A stretch of 25,870 nucleotides of DNA, from NCBI GenBank assembly GCA_903915485.1, contig CAIWTC010000227.1, positions 1 through 25,870 on the forward strand. The letters are read 5' to 3'. Below, piece by piece: positions 1 to 10,657 of the stretch. This DNA comes from an uncultured Ignavibacteriales bacterium (GTDB lineage Bacteria; Bacteroidota; Ignavibacteria; Ignavibacteriales; Ignavibacteriaceae). The notes beneath the pieces were generated by a model. It saw only the letters and a list, made by a program, of their open reading frames with translations, was not told the origin of the DNA and ran no database searches. How positions within the stretch are numbered: the stretch's first letter is position 1; each line of letters begins with the position of its first letter. Made by a program: the position numbers and the translations under genes.

Positions 1-1
1 A

Positions 2-220
2 GGGGCATTTTACGCTTTCCCGAAAATCGAAATAGATATTCCCGATGCAGAATTTGTTACTGGATTGATAAAAGAAACCGGCGTAGTTGTAGTTCCGGGG
101 AGTGGATTTGGACAAGTACCGGGAACCAAGCATTTCAGAATTGTCTTTTTACCAAATGAAGAGATTTTAGGCAAGGCATATTCAAAGATTGCCGAATATC
201 TTTATAAAATCAGGAAATAG
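2..220 (+). CDS. PLP-dependent aminotransferase class I/II (AlaA-like), C-terminal part, 5' truncated by window edge
   Basis: Manual translation of frame 2: GAFYAFPKIEIDIPDAEFVTGLIKETGVVVVPGSGFGQVPGTKHFRIVFLPNEEILGKAYSKIAEYLYKIRK*. GAFY, VPGSGF and HFRIVFLP are typical C-terminal motifs of class I/II aminotransferases. Confidence 0.85.
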   Translation, partial: GAFYAFPKIEIDIPDAEFVTGLIKETGVVVVPGSGFGQVPGTKHFRIVFLPNEEILGKAYSKIAEYLYKIRK

Positions 221-235
221 CAGCCAGATTAGTTT

Positions 236-280
236 TTGTACTTACTAGTGATGCCGCAGTTCATTAGTAAGTATAATTTT
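236..280 (+). terminator. Hairpin between convergent genes, likely intrinsic terminator
   Basis: TTGTACTTACTAGTGA (236-251) pairs with TCATTAGTAAGTATAA (261-276) with two G-U pairs on the + strand, followed by TTTT. A T-run on the left side would give A's, not U's, on the minus strand. Confidence 0.55.
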
Positions 281-312
281 GTATGCGATAAAAGGTATTA
301 GTTTTTTTAATA

Positions 313-1329
313 TTAACTGTTTATCAATGGCTGAATTGTTAAAGTGACTTCTGTCCCGTTCTCTCCGAATACTTTTAAATCCCCTTCAATCTGTGAAGTC
401 AATGCGGTGATTAACTGATACCCTAACGTTGTTGCAGTATCACAATTGAAATTTTTAGGCAAGCCGATCCCATCATCCTTAATACTAAGCAATATCGTGT
501 CTCCGTTATTTATTAGAGTGATCGTTACAGTACCCTCTCTTGAATCAGGGAATGCATGCTTTAGTACATTTGTCAGAACTTCATTGATTATCAACCCAAA
601 CGGAATTGCAGAATCTAACTGCAGCAGTGCGCTATCAAGCTGTTTTACAATTTTAATATTTTTGACTTTTTCACGATAGGAAGTCGTAAGAAATGGGACT
701 AATTCATCAACAAACACTTTTAAATCGACATTTGCTAAATCTGGAGAATTGTATATCCGTTCGTGGATAATTGCCATAGTACGGACTCTATTTTGGCTAT
801 CGTGAAAAGCCAACTTTATTAGCGGATCGCTAAACGACATAGACTGAAGATCAAGCAAACTTGAGATAACCTGCAAATTATTTTTCACACGGTGATGAAT
901 TTCCTTAAGCATAACTTCTTTTTCATGAAGTGATGTCTTGAGCTGCTGCTCAGCATGGATTCTGTCGTCTATATCGTAAAACAATATCCCAACTTGATTC
1001 GGCTTTGTGGAGAATGAAAATACTTCAAAATTTTTATTGATAACTTTTGAAAATATTTCTTCTTTTAATGGCTTCCCGGTTTTAGCTGCCTCAATTATTC
1101 CATTAAACAACTCCACATTGATATCAGGGAAACTCTCGAGTATTGTCTTGCCCTCAAAAGTATCCGCGGTAGTATTGAAGTATGCAGCAAATGCAGGATT
1201 CACTGAAACAATTTTCCCATTTATGACATTACCTTGCTCATCTTTTACTCCATCGCAGATGATGCTTCCATCCATTAATTCAGTGAATAGAATCCGATAA
1301 TGTTCGTCACTACTATTTTTATTTTCCAT
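313..1329 (-). CDS. PAS-domain sensor histidine kinase, HisKA_2/HWE-like family
   Basis: N-terminal PAS (VNPAFAAYF...FYDID), H-box EIHHRVKNNLQVISSLL, N-box NEVLTNVLKHAF, G-box DDGIGLP. No TM segment. Confidence 0.9.
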   Translation of the reverse strand: MENKNSSDEHYRILFTELMDGSIICDGVKDEQGNVINGKIVSVNPAFAAYFNTTADTFEGKTILESFPDINVELFNGIIEAAKTGKPLKEEIFSKVINKNFEVFSFSTKPNQVGILFYDIDDRIHAEQQLKTSLHEKEVMLKEIHHRVKNNLQVISSLLDLQSMSFSDPLIKLAFHDSQNRVRTMAIIHERIYNSPDLANVDLKVFVDELVPFLTTSYREKVKNIKIVKQLDSALLQLDSAIPFGLIINEVLTNVLKHAFPDSREGTVTITLINNGDTILLSIKDDGIGLPKNFNCDTATTLGYQLITALTSQIEGDLKVFGENGTEVTLTIQPLINS

Positions 1330-1346
1330 CTCTAAAATATTTCTTT

Positions 1347-1748
1347 CTAATCAGAAATTAACTTCAAGTCTTTAAGCTGCGCTATCAAAGTTGATTTTTG
1401 AATAGGCTTTATTAAATATGAAGTACACCCGCCGCTATAATATGAATCGAAAACATCATGAGGCGAGTCGAGTGCAGTCACCATGATAATTTTAACTTCT
1501 TTTTCAGGAGATACATTCAATAATTTTTCTTTGTCTCGTATTATTTTCAAAGCCTCATTTCCATCTAAGGTAGGCATCATTATATCAAGACAAATCAACT
1601 GATAAGGGTTTGCTTCATCCAAGGCTAACTGATGTGCCTGAACCGCTTCTTCGCCATTTACTGCAACATCACATTCTCCGTATGCAGATAGATATTTTTG
1701 TAAGACAACCCGATTTGTAAAATCGTCTTCAACGATTAATATTCGCAT
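1347..1748 (-). CDS. Single-domain response regulator (CheY-like REC)
   Basis: ILIVEDD, ICLDIMMP (phospho-Asp), MVTAL, YLIKP. Confidence 0.9.
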   Translation of the reverse strand: MRILIVEDDFTNRVVLQKYLSAYGECDVAVNGEEAVQAHQLALDEANPYQLICLDIMMPTLDGNEALKIIRDKEKLLNVSPEKEVKIIMVTALDSPHDVFDSYYSGGCTSYLIKPIQKSTLIAQLKDLKLISD

Positions 1749-1755
1749 AGTATCC

Positions 1756-3660
1756 TCATTCTATTAAATTCTCTTCTTTCAAAATAGGAATTTCCACATA
1801 AAAACTTGTCCCAATATTAACTTCACTTTCTAACCATATTCGCCCCTTCATTAGTTCCACAATCTTCTGAGTAATTGCCAAACCAAGTCCAATGCCGCCA
1901 TACTTTTTTGTTAGTGAACTATCGCCCTGGGTAAAACTTTCAAAAATCGACTTAAACAAACTCTCATGAATTCCAATTCCTGAATCTTTTATACAAATCA
2001 TCAGCATTTCTTTTTCTTCTTCATTATTCACTAAGTCCATCTTCAATTCGATAAATCCTTTTGATGTGAACTTTAGTGAGTTCCCAATCAGATTATTCAA
2101 TATCTGTCCGACCTTAATCGGGTCGCAATAAATATAATCCGGCAGGTCATCTGCCAATGTAACTTTAAGTGCAAGCCCTTTTGCTGCAGCATCCAGTTTG
2201 AATATATCTAAAGTATCCGAGATTAATTCCTTGACAGGATATTTAGAATTAAGAAGTTTGTCCTGTCCATATTCTGCCTTTGTATAAGCTAAAATATTGT
2301 TCAGTAAATTATGAAGGAGCAACGATGAGCGCTTAGTCATACTAACGAATTGCCTCTGCTCACTATCAAGAGTAGTATCGCTAAGAATATCAATTGTTCC
2401 GATGATACCATTAAGGGGCGTACGGATTTCATGACTCATATTCGCCAGAAAAATGCTTTTTGCTTTAGCGGCAACTTCGGCAAGTTCCTTTGCCTTAATA
2501 AGATTCAATTCAAGAAGTTTTCTCTCAGTTGTGTCAAAGCATGTGCCGATGTAACCGGCGAACTCGCCTTTTTGGTCATAATATGGAGAAGCAATACACC
2601 ATATTTGCCGATAGACCACATCACGGTTTAACAACCTGAACTCAAAGTCTACTTTTTTCTGCTCTATAAAGGCAGTTAAAAATTTCTGTTTTATTAGTTG
2701 TATGTCTAATGGATGAACAGAATTAAACCACCCTTCATCACAGTCATCTGATAAAGTCCTGCCGGTAAAGTCCAACCAAGTCTTATTAAAATAATTGAAT
2801 TTACCAATTTCGTTTGTACGCCAAATCATAGTAGGAAATTCTTCGAACATACTCAAGTAATAATTTCGTGACTCCATCAATGCTCTATCAATTTCCCTCT
2901 GAATTGTAGTGTCATGAAAAGAATAGAGGTGACCATTGCTAATGCCATGCTCATCAATCATTTCTGAATGATTCAACTCAATTTGTACCTGTTCGTTATT
3001 TTTTGAAAGGAGCAATTTGTAGCTATTTAACTTTGCAGCTTTATCAGGCAAAATTGAAGTTAGGATACATATTAAACTCTCGTTATCAATATCATTAATA
3101 AGGTTAAGTATCTTGTCAATATTCTGACCTTTAACTTCCGAAAGACTCCACCCGGTAATTGCTTCTGCTCTTGTATTTATAAACTGGATAACATTATCAT
3201 TATCAGAAACGATTACACCATCGCTTATATTTTTGAGTATTGTATTGAGCAGTCTCTCGCTCTTTTTTACAAGTTTAACATCCTTTGATTTTGAAAGAGC
3301 AATCTCAATTGTAATTCTTAAATCCGTAAGGTCGAACGGCTTTATAATATACCCAAACGGAGATACTTGCTTTGCTCTCTCAATGTTCTCCTCATTTGAA
3401 GCAGAAGTAATAAACACAACAGGGATATCATAGTGCTTTAATATTTTCTCAGCTGTTTCAATTCCGTCTAATTCACCTTTTATGAAAACATCCATCAGTA
3501 CTAAATCAGGGACATTAGTTTCCAAATATTTAAGGACCTTTATTCCATTGTCGAAAACCTCAAGAACTTCATATCCGAGCATTTCAATATTTTTCTTAAT
3601 ATCGAGTGCAATTATGTTTTCGTCCTCAACGATAAGTATTTTGGCTTTACTACTTTCCAT
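1756..3660 (-). CDS. Hybrid sensor kinase REC-PAS-PAS-HisKA-HATPase
   Basis: REC (IVEDE...LMDV...KPF), two PAS/PAC, H-box [15 protein letters not shown]-box [24 protein letters not shown]. Start placed at MESSK (3660); the ORF track extends to 3672. Confidence 0.9.
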   Translation of the reverse strand: MESSKAKILIVEDENIIALDIKKNIEMLGYEVLEVFDNGIKVLKYLETNVPDLVLMDVFIKGELDGIETAEKILKHYDIPVVFITSASNEENIERAKQVSPFGYIIKPFDLTDLRITIEIALSKSKDVKLVKKSERLLNTILKNISDGVIVSDNDNVIQFINTRAEAITGWSLSEVKGQNIDKILNLINDIDNESLICILTSILPDKAAKLNSYKLLLSKNNEQVQIELNHSEMIDEHGISNGHLYSFHDTTIQREIDRALMESRNYYLSMFEEFPTMIWRTNEIGKFNYFNKTWLDFTGRTLSDDCDEGWFNSVHPLDIQLIKQKFLTAFIEQKKVDFEFRLLNRDVVYRQIWCIASPYYDQKGEFAGYIGTCFDTTERKLLELNLIKAKELAEVAAKAKSIFLANMSHEIRTPLNGIIGTIDILSDTTLDSEQRQFVSMTKRSSLLLHNLLNNILAYTKAEYGQDKLLNSKYPVKELISDTLDIFKLDAAAKGLALKVTLADDLPDYIYCDPIKVGQILNNLIGNSLKFTSKGFIELKMDLVNNEEEKEMLMICIKDSGIGIHESLFKSIFESFTQGDSSLTKKYGGIGLGLAITQKIVELMKGRIWLESEVNIGTSFYVEIPILKEENLIE

Positions 3661-4747
3661 AATTTTCCACAACCATATTTAATACTGCACCCGCAATATT
3701 TTCCAGAGGAAGAATTTTATCCACTCCTCCAAGTTTAATGGCCTCATTAGGCATACCAAATACTATACAGCTCTTTTCATCCTGCGCAATTGTTCTTGCA
3801 CCGGCATTTTTCATCTCCAGCATTCCTCTTGCACCATCATCTCCCATCCCTGTCATTATCACTCCAATACCATTTTGCCCCGCATACCGCGCAGCAGAAC
3901 GGAAGAGTACATCAACAGAAGGACGATGACGGCTAACCAAGGGACCATCCTTTATCTCGACATAGTATTTTGTGCCGCTTCTTTTGAGCAATATGTGATG
4001 ATTCCCCGGAGCAATCAATGCACGGCCGCGAATGACACTATCTCCATTTTCAGCTTCTTTAACTGTAATTCTGCAAGTTGAATCAAGACGCACCGCAAAG
4101 GCTTTAGTAAAATTTTCAGGCATATGCTGAACTATGACTATGCCGGGACAATCGGGAGGCAAAGCTTCTAAAAATATACGAAGCGCCTCTGTTCCCCCGG
4201 TAGATGCCCCAACTATAATAACTTTTTCTGTGGTTTCAAAAAATTTAGAAGAATAGTTCCCTGCTAAAATAACATCAGCAGAATACTTTGGCGAAACATG
4301 AATCGGCTTGCTTCTTTTATGTAAAGTTGCTTTGGCAGCAGCCATAATTGAGTCATAGAGTCGTATTTTCGATTCTTCTAAAAATACTTTTGTACCTAAT
4401 TTTGGTTTAGTGATTATATCCACTGCACCTAATTCAATTGCACGCAAAGCAGTTTCAGAACCGCTATCTGCTAAACTGGAACAAATGATAACGGGAATAG
4501 GATGCTGACTCATTATCTTCTGAAGAAAAGATAGCCCATCCATATTTGGCATTTCAATATCGAGAGTTATTACATCAGGTACCTGCACTTCAATTTTCTT
4601 CATTGCAAGCAAAGGATCTGATGCACTACCGAGTATTTCTATGTCAGGAAAACTCTGAAGAATATCTGTAAGAGTCTGCCTTACTACTGCCGAATCATCT
4701 ACAATTAAGACTCTAACTTTTTTTTGCGGGTCCATGTTATTTACCAT
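3650..4747 (-). CDS. cheB: Chemotaxis response regulator protein-glutamate methylesterase CheB
   Basis: REC domain plus methylesterase motifs [27 protein letters not shown]. Start may be 4735. Confidence 0.97.
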   Translation of the reverse strand: MVNNMDPQKKVRVLIVDDSAVVRQTLTDILQSFPDIEILGSASDPLLAMKKIEVQVPDVITLDIEMPNMDGLSFLQKIMSQHPIPVIICSSLADSGSETALRAIELGAVDIITKPKLGTKVFLEESKIRLYDSIMAAAKATLHKRSKPIHVSPKYSADVILAGNYSSKFFETTEKVIIVGASTGGTEALRIFLEALPPDCPGIVIVQHMPENFTKAFAVRLDSTCRITVKEAENGDSVIRGRALIAPGNHHILLKRSGTKYYVEIKDGPLVSRHRPSVDVLFRSAARYAGQNGIGVIMTGMGDDGARGMLEMKNAGARTIAQDEKSCIVFGMPNEAIKLGGVDKILPLENIAGAVLNMVVENYGK

Positions 4748-5576
4748 ACACTTTCTTATAAACTGTGGGACTCACTCTTTTCAACGGCATATTCATCCCC
4801 ACCAGCGATTCCGAATGACCGTGGAAAAAATAACCACCCGGCACTATTGCCGAAACAAGTTTATCTACAACTTTTTCTTGAGTGCTCCTGTCAAAATATA
4901 TTAGCACATTCCGGCAAAAAACCAGATGCATCTGAATATCCTTCTTCACTTCATCATTGACTAAATTGTTCTTAAAAAATTTTACCTTATTTCTAATCTG
5001 CGGGATTAGCCTAACGATTGCCTTTTCAGAATCCTTGCTTCTCAGAAAATACTCTTTCAATATGCTCTCATTAACTCCGTAAATATCCGTCATTGAATAT
5101 ATAGCAGCTTTACCTTTGTCAATCATTGTTGTAGAAATATCAGAAGCATATATAGTATAGTCTCTTCTATCATTTTTCTTAAAATACTCCTCAAGAGTAA
5201 TTGCAATTGAATAAGCTTCTTCTCCAGATGAACAACCGGCACTCCAGATATTAAGGCAGTCATATTTCCCTAATATTGAATTGAACAATTCATTAAGCAG
5301 AGTTTCGGAAAGCAGAACCAAGTGTTCATTTTCTCTGAAAAAATCAGTTTTATTCGTAGTGATGACATCAAGCATTTTGTGTAATTCCAGAGCCTTCCCT
5401 TCCGGCGAAAATAAATAGTCACAGTATTCCTCGATAGAGAATAACTCTAACTGCTTCATTCGTCTGAATAACCTGCCTTGAACCATCTCTCTTTTTTCGA
5501 AAGTGAGATTAATCCCTGTATTGGAGTAGACAAGTTCCCTTAATCGCTCAAAATTACTTCTTGATAGTTTCAGCAT
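4737..5576 (-). CDS. cheR: Chemotaxis protein-glutamate O-methyltransferase CheR (full length)
   Basis: N-terminal all-alpha domain (TGINL...RL), [40 protein letters not shown]. Confidence 0.96.
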   Translation of the reverse strand: MLKLSRSNFERLRELVYSNTGINLTFEKREMVQGRLFRRMKQLELFSIEEYCDYLFSPEGKALELHKMLDVITTNKTDFFRENEHLVLLSETLLNELFNSILGKYDCLNIWSAGCSSGEEAYSIAITLEEYFKKNDRRDYTIYASDISTTMIDKGKAAIYSMTDIYGVNESILKEYFLRSKDSEKAIVRLIPQIRNKVKFFKNNLVNDEVKKDIQMHLVFCRNVLIYFDRSTQEKVVDKLVSAIVPGGYFFHGHSESLVGMNMPLKRVSPTVYKKVYGK

Positions 5577-5597
5577 TTTATATCACATTTTTATAGA

Positions 5598-5632
5598 TGA
5601 CCGGTTCCGCGTGCAAAATGCAGAACCGGTCA
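5598..5632 (-). promoter_or_regulatory. GC-rich intra-operonic stem-loop between cheW and cheR, no U tract
   Basis: Minus strand TGACCGGTTCTGC-ATTTTGCAC-GCGGAACCGGTCA: 13-bp stem with one G-U pair. Confidence 0.55.
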
Positions 5633-5641
5633 AGGTATATA

Positions 5642-6145
5642 TTAGACACTTTCTTCAACTACGGAACTGGTTTGCTGAACGAACATAAGTTCATCTGATG
5701 AAAAAACCCGGTCGATATCCAGAATCATCAAGAATTGTTCATCCCGCTTGCCCATTCCATGCAGGAACTCAGCTTTAAACTTAGTTCCTAATCTGGGAGG
5801 CGGTTCAATTTGTGAAGGCTCCAATTCGAAAACTTCTTCAACTGAATCAGCCAAAGCACCGAGTACAATAAGCTCCGACTCGAAAGCAATCTCCAAAACA
5901 ATAATGCAAGTGTTAATTGTACGCTCACATTTATCCATCCCGAATTTCAGTCTCAAATCAATAACAGGAACTACACTGCCGCGAAGGTTTATTACACCGC
6001 GCATATAATCAGGTGTCCTTGGTATTTTAGTAATGTTTGTGTAGTCAAGAACTTCACGAACTTTAGCAACATCTACTGCGAAAAGTTCTTCTTCCAGCGT
6101 GAAAGTTAAATATGGTCTGACTTCCGAAATATTCTGTGTTGCCAT
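5642..6145 (-). CDS. cheW: Chemotaxis coupling protein CheW
   Basis: YLTFTLEEELFAVDVAKVREV, GVINLRGSVVPVIDLRLKFG, ADSVEEV. AGGAG SD upstream. Confidence 0.97.
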   Translation of the reverse strand: MATQNISEVRPYLTFTLEEELFAVDVAKVREVLDYTNITKIPRTPDYMRGVINLRGSVVPVIDLRLKFGMDKCERTINTCIIVLEIAFESELIVLGALADSVEEVFELEPSQIEPPPRLGTKFKAEFLHGMGKRDEQFLMILDIDRVFSSDELMFVQQTSSVVEESV

Positions 6146-6211
6146 TTCTAACTCCTTTCTTTCATTATAATTTTATGTTTGACAAATATATTTTTCATAC
6201 TATGCCATCAA

Positions 6212-9200
6212 CTAAAATTTTTCGAATTCTGCATCAAGATGATCACTTGAATCATCTACATCGAACTTAAAGCCCTTTGACGAGCTATAGTCTTTTTCAC
6301 TTGAAGACGGCTTTCCCTGCTTTAGTGCGCGGGGTGCATTCTTTCTCGTTTGTTTCGTACCAATCATTCTCTGATTAGATTCATCAATTTTGAAGAATCC
6401 GATTGTTGAGGCTAATTGACCTGAAAGTCCATTCAAATTATCCGCAGTTGATGACAACTCTTCTGAAGCTGCTGCATTCTGCTGAATAACCTGATCCAAT
6501 TGCTGAAGTGCTTTATTAATCTGACTTGCACCTGCGTTCTGCTCGTTACTTGCAGCAGTTATTTCCTGAACAAGTTCTGCAGTTTTTGTAATATCCGGAA
6601 CTAATTTAGATAACATCTGACCGGCATTTTCAGCAATCTGAACACTGCTGGCTGATAATTTATTGATTTCACCTGCAGCAGTCTGACTTCTTTCAGCAAG
6701 TTTTCTTACTTCAGAGGCAACAACCGCAAAGCCTTTTCCATGCTCACCGGCACGGGCTGCTTCAATCGCCGCATTCAATGCGAGAAGATTTGTTTGTCTT
6801 GCGATTTCTTCAATGATTGAAATTTTACTTGCAATCTCTTTCATCGCGATAACTGTTTCTGAAACAGCCTTGCCACCGACTTTAGCATTCTCTGCTGATT
6901 GCAGTGCTATCTTCTCAGTCTGTTGAGCGTTCTCAGCATTCTGTTTAATGTTTGAGGTCATCTGTTCCATTGAAGAACTTGCTTCCTGTGCAGATGCCGC
7001 TTGTTTGTTCGCACCTTCAGAGATTTGACCGGCATTTCCACTAAGCTCTTTGCTTCCGGAAGAAACGCTGTCTGCTGCTGTTTTTACATTTTCAACAACA
7101 TCAGTTAGACCCTTAATCATTGCATCCAATGCTTTCATAAGTGAATCGTTGCTGGAACGGGCTTTCACACTAACCATAAGGTTACCACCTGCAATCTCTT
7201 CAGCAATTTCACCAACTTCATTCATTGACTCAATTAGTAAGTTGATATTATTCTTAATCTGATTGAAATCACCATTGTAGTTATCAGAGATAGGTCTTGG
7301 CATATCGCCTTTGGATATTCTGTCGACATATTCTGCTGCAACATTCAATGGTCCAATAACTGCATCAAGAGTTTCATTTACGCCTTGTACAATTTTTCTA
7401 AAGTCACCTTGATGTTTATTAGCGTCCGCTCTGGTTGCCAATCTACCATCAACTGCGGCCTTGACCAGCATAGCGGCATCAGATACGAGCGAATTCACTG
7501 CATCGATACAAGTGTTTAAGTTATTTTTGATTTCATTGAAATCACCGTGATAATTATCGGTAATCTTATTAGGAATATCGCCTTTAGATATTCTATCAAC
7601 ATATTCTGCTGCAACATTTAAAGGCCCTATAACTGAATCTAATGTGTCGTTTACACCTTGAACGATTTTTCTGAAATCGCCCTGATGTTTAGTTGCATCA
7701 GCTCTTGTAGCAAGTTTACCTTCAATCGCTGCTCTGGAAAGGTTCCCTGCATCTGCGACTAATCCGTTAACTGCGTCAACGCAAGCATTCAAGTTATTTT
7801 TGATTTCGTTGAAGTCACCATTATAACTGTCAGTAATCTTATTCGGAATGTCACCTTTTGCGATTCTATCAACATATTCTGCTGCGACATTCAAAGGTCC
7901 GATAACCGCATCAAGAGTATCGTTAACACCCTGGACGATTTTTCTGAAATCACCCTGATGTTTACTTGCATCTGCTCTAGTTGCAAGTTTACCTTCTACT
8001 GCGGCCCTTACCAGTGTTCCTGCATCAACTACTAATCCATTTACTGCATCAATACAAGAGTTTAGATTATTTTTGATTTCATTAAAGTCGCCGTTGTAAC
8101 TGTCAGTAATCTTATTAGGGATATCTCCCTTTGCGATTCTATCGACATATTCTGCTGCAACATTCAATGGCCCGATTACTGAATCTAATGTGTCGTTAAC
8201 ACCTTGAACGATTTTCCTGAAATCGCCCTGATGTTTATTTGCATCTGCCCTTGTTGCAAGTTTACCTTCAACTGCTGCTTTTACCAATACACCGGCATCT
8301 GAAACTAATCCGTTGATTGCATCAATACACATGTTCAGGTTGTTCTTGATCTCATTGAAATCACCATTATAATTATCAGTAATTCTTTGAGGAATATCGC
8401 CCTTAGCAATTCTATCAACATATTCTGCTGCAACATTCAAAGGTCCAATAACTGAATCTAATGTGTCGTTTACACCTTGAACGATTTTCCTGAAATCGCC
8501 CTGATGTTTGCTTGCATCTGCTCTGGTTGCGAGCTTTCCTTCAACTGCTGCTTTTACCAATATTCCGGCATCGGAAACTAATCCGTTGACCGCATCAATA
8601 CAAGCATTGAGGTTATTCTTTATTTCGTTGAAATCACCATTGTAATTGTCTGTGATTTTATTTGGTATGTCACCTTTTGCAATTCTATCAACATACTCTG
8701 CAGCAACATTCAAAGGTCCAATTACTGAATCCAATGTATCATTAACACCTTGAACAATTTTTTTGAAATCACCCTGATGTTTACTTGCATCTGCTCTAGT
8801 AGCTAGCTTTCCTTCAACTGCTGCTTTTACCAAGACACCTGCATCTGAAACTAATCCATTGACAGCATCAATGCACATGTTTAGATTATTCTTTATCTCA
8901 TTGAAATCACCGTTATAGTTGTCTGTAATTCTTTGAGGAATATCGCCCTTAGCGATTCTATCTACATATTCTGCTGCAACATTCAAAGGTCCGATAACAG
9001 AATCAAGTGTTGAGTTTACACCTTCAACTAATTCTTTGAAACTTCCACCAAACTTGGTTGCATTACCGCGAGTGCTTAGTTTACCTGCAACCGCTGCATC
9101 TGAAAGCATGGATACTTCTGCAACAAGGCTTCTGACAGTATCAACCACAGAAACAAAACTTTTTCCTAAAACATCTTTATCAGATTTAGGAGAGTATACA

Positions 9201-10030
9201 ACACTCACATCACCGACTGCGATTTTTTCCGCCACTGCAACCTGGTCTTTTGTATTCGCGACCATCCCCGCCATCGCACCCATTAAGTCCCCAAGTTCAT
9301 CAGTTGTACTCTGAGTAACTTCAACATCAACATCGCCAACTGACAGTTTCTTCGCAACTCCTGAAAGCACAGTTAGAGGTTTCGATATAGCACCGGATAT
9401 AAACATACCCAATCCAATTGAAATCAGAACTCCGATGACAATGACTATTAGCATTGTCATTGTTGAGCGGTTAGAATCAATTGTGTTCTGGTCTGAACGG
9501 TCTTTTGCTAGGTCCACCTTCATTTTGGTCAGCTTATCAATCGATACCTGTACATTAGTCCTCAATTTTTCAAGTTCATTAGAATAGACTGAATATGCTT
9601 TATCCGTTTCATTAGCCAAGGCCAAATCAAGTGTTTTTTTGAGTACAGCCTGGAACTGATCTAAATCACTTGACAATGTTTTACAAATTTGTTTTCCCGC
9701 CTCTGTAATCAATGTTTTTTCTACTCTTGATATTGCAGAATCAACCTCCACATCCCGCGCTTTGATTTTCTCAATATTATCTTTTTTGACTTCAGCGTCT
9801 TTATCAAATATTATAGTTAAAATATTTGCCCGCTCTCTTTGAAAAGATGAGGCAAGAATTCCTAATTCAGCAAGCGGAACAGTATTCTTCTCATAGAGAA
9901 TGGTATCACTTTCATCTGCTGTCTTAAGGGCCGAAATCCCTTCATATCCGATAAAAGCTGCAATCGCTGCGACCAATAAAAAACTTAAAATAAGTTTTTT
10001 TCGTATTTTCATGTTATAGAACCATTTCAT
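6212..10030 (-). CDS. Methyl-accepting chemotaxis protein: TM1, four-helix-bundle sensor, TM2, long poly-HAMP array, 34H-type signalling domain, C-terminal pentapeptide EFEKF
   Basis: Two hydrophobic TM segments flank an extracytoplasmic helical domain. Hairpin tip [44 protein letters not shown] upstream. Confidence 0.96.
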   Translation of the reverse strand: MKWFYNMKIRKKLILSFLLVAAIAAFIGYEGISALKTADESDTILYEKNTVPLAELGILASSFQRERANILTIIFDKDAEVKKDNIEKIKARDVEVDSAISRVEKTLITEAGKQICKTLSSDLDQFQAVLKKTLDLALANETDKAYSVYSNELEKLRTNVQVSIDKLTKMKVDLAKDRSDQNTIDSNRSTMTMLIVIVIGVLISIGLGMFISGAISKPLTVLSGVAKKLSVGDVDVEVTQSTTDELGDLMGAMAGMVANTKDQVAVAEKIAVGDVSVVYSPKSDKDVLGKSFVSVVDTVRSLVAEVSMLSDAAVAGKLSTRGNATKFGGSFKELVEGVNSTLDSVIGPLNVAAEYVDRIAKGDIPQRITDNYNGDFNEIKNNLNMCIDAVNGLVSDAGVLVKAAVEGKLATRADASKHQGDFKKIVQGVNDTLDSVIGPLNVAAEYVDRIAKGDIPNKITDNYNGDFNEIKNNLNACIDAVNGLVSDAGILVKAAVEGKLATRADASKHQGDFRKIVQGVNDTLDSVIGPLNVAAEYVDRIAKGDIPQRITDNYNGDFNEIKNNLNMCIDAINGLVSDAGVLVKAAVEGKLATRADANKHQGDFRKIVQGVNDTLDSVIGPLNVAAEYVDRIAKGDIPNKITDSYNGDFNEIKNNLNSCIDAVNGLVVDAGTLVRAAVEGKLATRADASKHQGDFRKIVQGVNDTLDAVIGPLNVAAEYVDRIAKGDIPNKITDSYNGDFNEIKNNLNACVDAVNGLVADAGNLSRAAIEGKLATRADATKHQGDFRKIVQGVNDTLDSVIGPLNVAAEYVDRISKGDIPNKITDNYHGDFNEIKNNLNTCIDAVNSLVSDAAMLVKAAVDGRLATRADANKHQGDFRKIVQGVNETLDAVIGPLNVAAEYVDRISKGDMPRPISDNYNGDFNQIKNNINLLIESMNEVGEIAEEIAGGNLMVSVKARSSNDSLMKALDAMIKGLTDVVENVKTAADSVSSGSKELSGNAGQISEGANKQAASAQEASSSMEQMTSNIKQNAENAQQTEKIALQSAENAKVGGKAVSETVIAMKEIASKISIIEEIARQTNLLALNAAIEAARAGEHGKGFAVVASEVRKLAERSQTAAGEINKLSASSVQIAENAGQMLSKLVPDITKTAELVQEITAASNEQNAGASQINKALQQLDQVIQQNAAASEELSSTADNLNGLSGQLASTIGFFKIDESNQRMIGTKQTRKNAPRALKQGKPSSSEKDYSSSKGFKFDVDDSSDHLDAEFEKF
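7245..9110 (-). repeat. Intragenic tandem repeat, period 273 bp (91 aa, di-HAMP unit): six full copies at 7355-8992 plus partial flanking copies
   Basis: [13 protein letters not shown] occurs 7 times. The equivalent Val codon sits at 8978, 8705, 8432, 8159, 7886, 7613 and 7340, an exact 273-bp spacing. Confidence 0.95.
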
Positions 10031-10045
10031 ATGGACTCCTTGTAA

Positions 10046-10645
10046 TTAAATAATGTGACTATTTCGAACAATTTTTAAAGTATTTTTTATCATCTCTTTA
10101 GGATTCGATGATATCGGGCTACCATGTCCCGGATAAACAATCTTGACATCGAGCTCGGCCAATAGCTTTAAGCTCTGAACATAATCTTTAGTATATGTAC
10201 CATCATCTGTATGTATATGAATAGTTGTATCGCCGGTAAAAAGTATTCCGTTCTTTTCACAATAGATACAGATTGAATCGGTTGAATGCCCCGGCGTATG
10301 AATAACCCTGCACCATCCCTCTGCAATTTTAATCTCCTGATTATGTTTTAGGATATTTGTTTCGGCCCCCTCAACATTAAGCGCACTATAAATCTTCGGT
10401 TTATAATTTGCCACTAAACTCTTTAAGCCACCCGTATGGTCAAAATGATTATGGGTTATAATGACCTGGTCAACCGGAACTTTTCCAAGCCCGGTATTTA
10501 TAGACTCAATTTGAGAAATCAGATAGCCGTCCGCACCGGTATCGATTACTGTGTTCATATCATCAATAGTATTCCAATCACCTAACAACAGATAGGCATT
10601 GCAGCTATAAGCTAATGGGTTGGAATTTAGTTTAATAACTTTCAT
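10046..10645 (-). CDS. Metallo-beta-lactamase-fold metallohydrolase (glyoxalase II-like)
   Basis: IDTG, THNHFDHTGG (HxHxDH), HTPGHS, LFTGDT, YPGHG: full di-metal ligand set. No signal peptide. Confidence 0.92.
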   Translation of the reverse strand: MKVIKLNSNPLAYSCNAYLLLGDWNTIDDMNTVIDTGADGYLISQIESINTGLGKVPVDQVIITHNHFDHTGGLKSLVANYKPKIYSALNVEGAETNILKHNQEIKIAEGWCRVIHTPGHSTDSICIYCEKNGILFTGDTTIHIHTDDGTYTKDYVQSLKLLAELDVKIVYPGHGSPISSNPKEMIKNTLKIVRNSHII

Positions 10646-10657
10646 CTAGTCAGACTT

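Noticed and set aside
7245..9110. Possible CRISPR array or DGR template/variable repeat
   Set aside because: The repeats are in-frame 273-bp coding units with no spacers, differences are mainly synonymous rather than adenine-specific, and no cas or reverse transcriptase gene is present.
10046..10645. Antibiotic-resistance metallo-beta-lactamase
   Set aside because: No signal peptide, glyoxalase II-like motif set and location inside a che operon; fold membership alone does not imply beta-lactamase activity.
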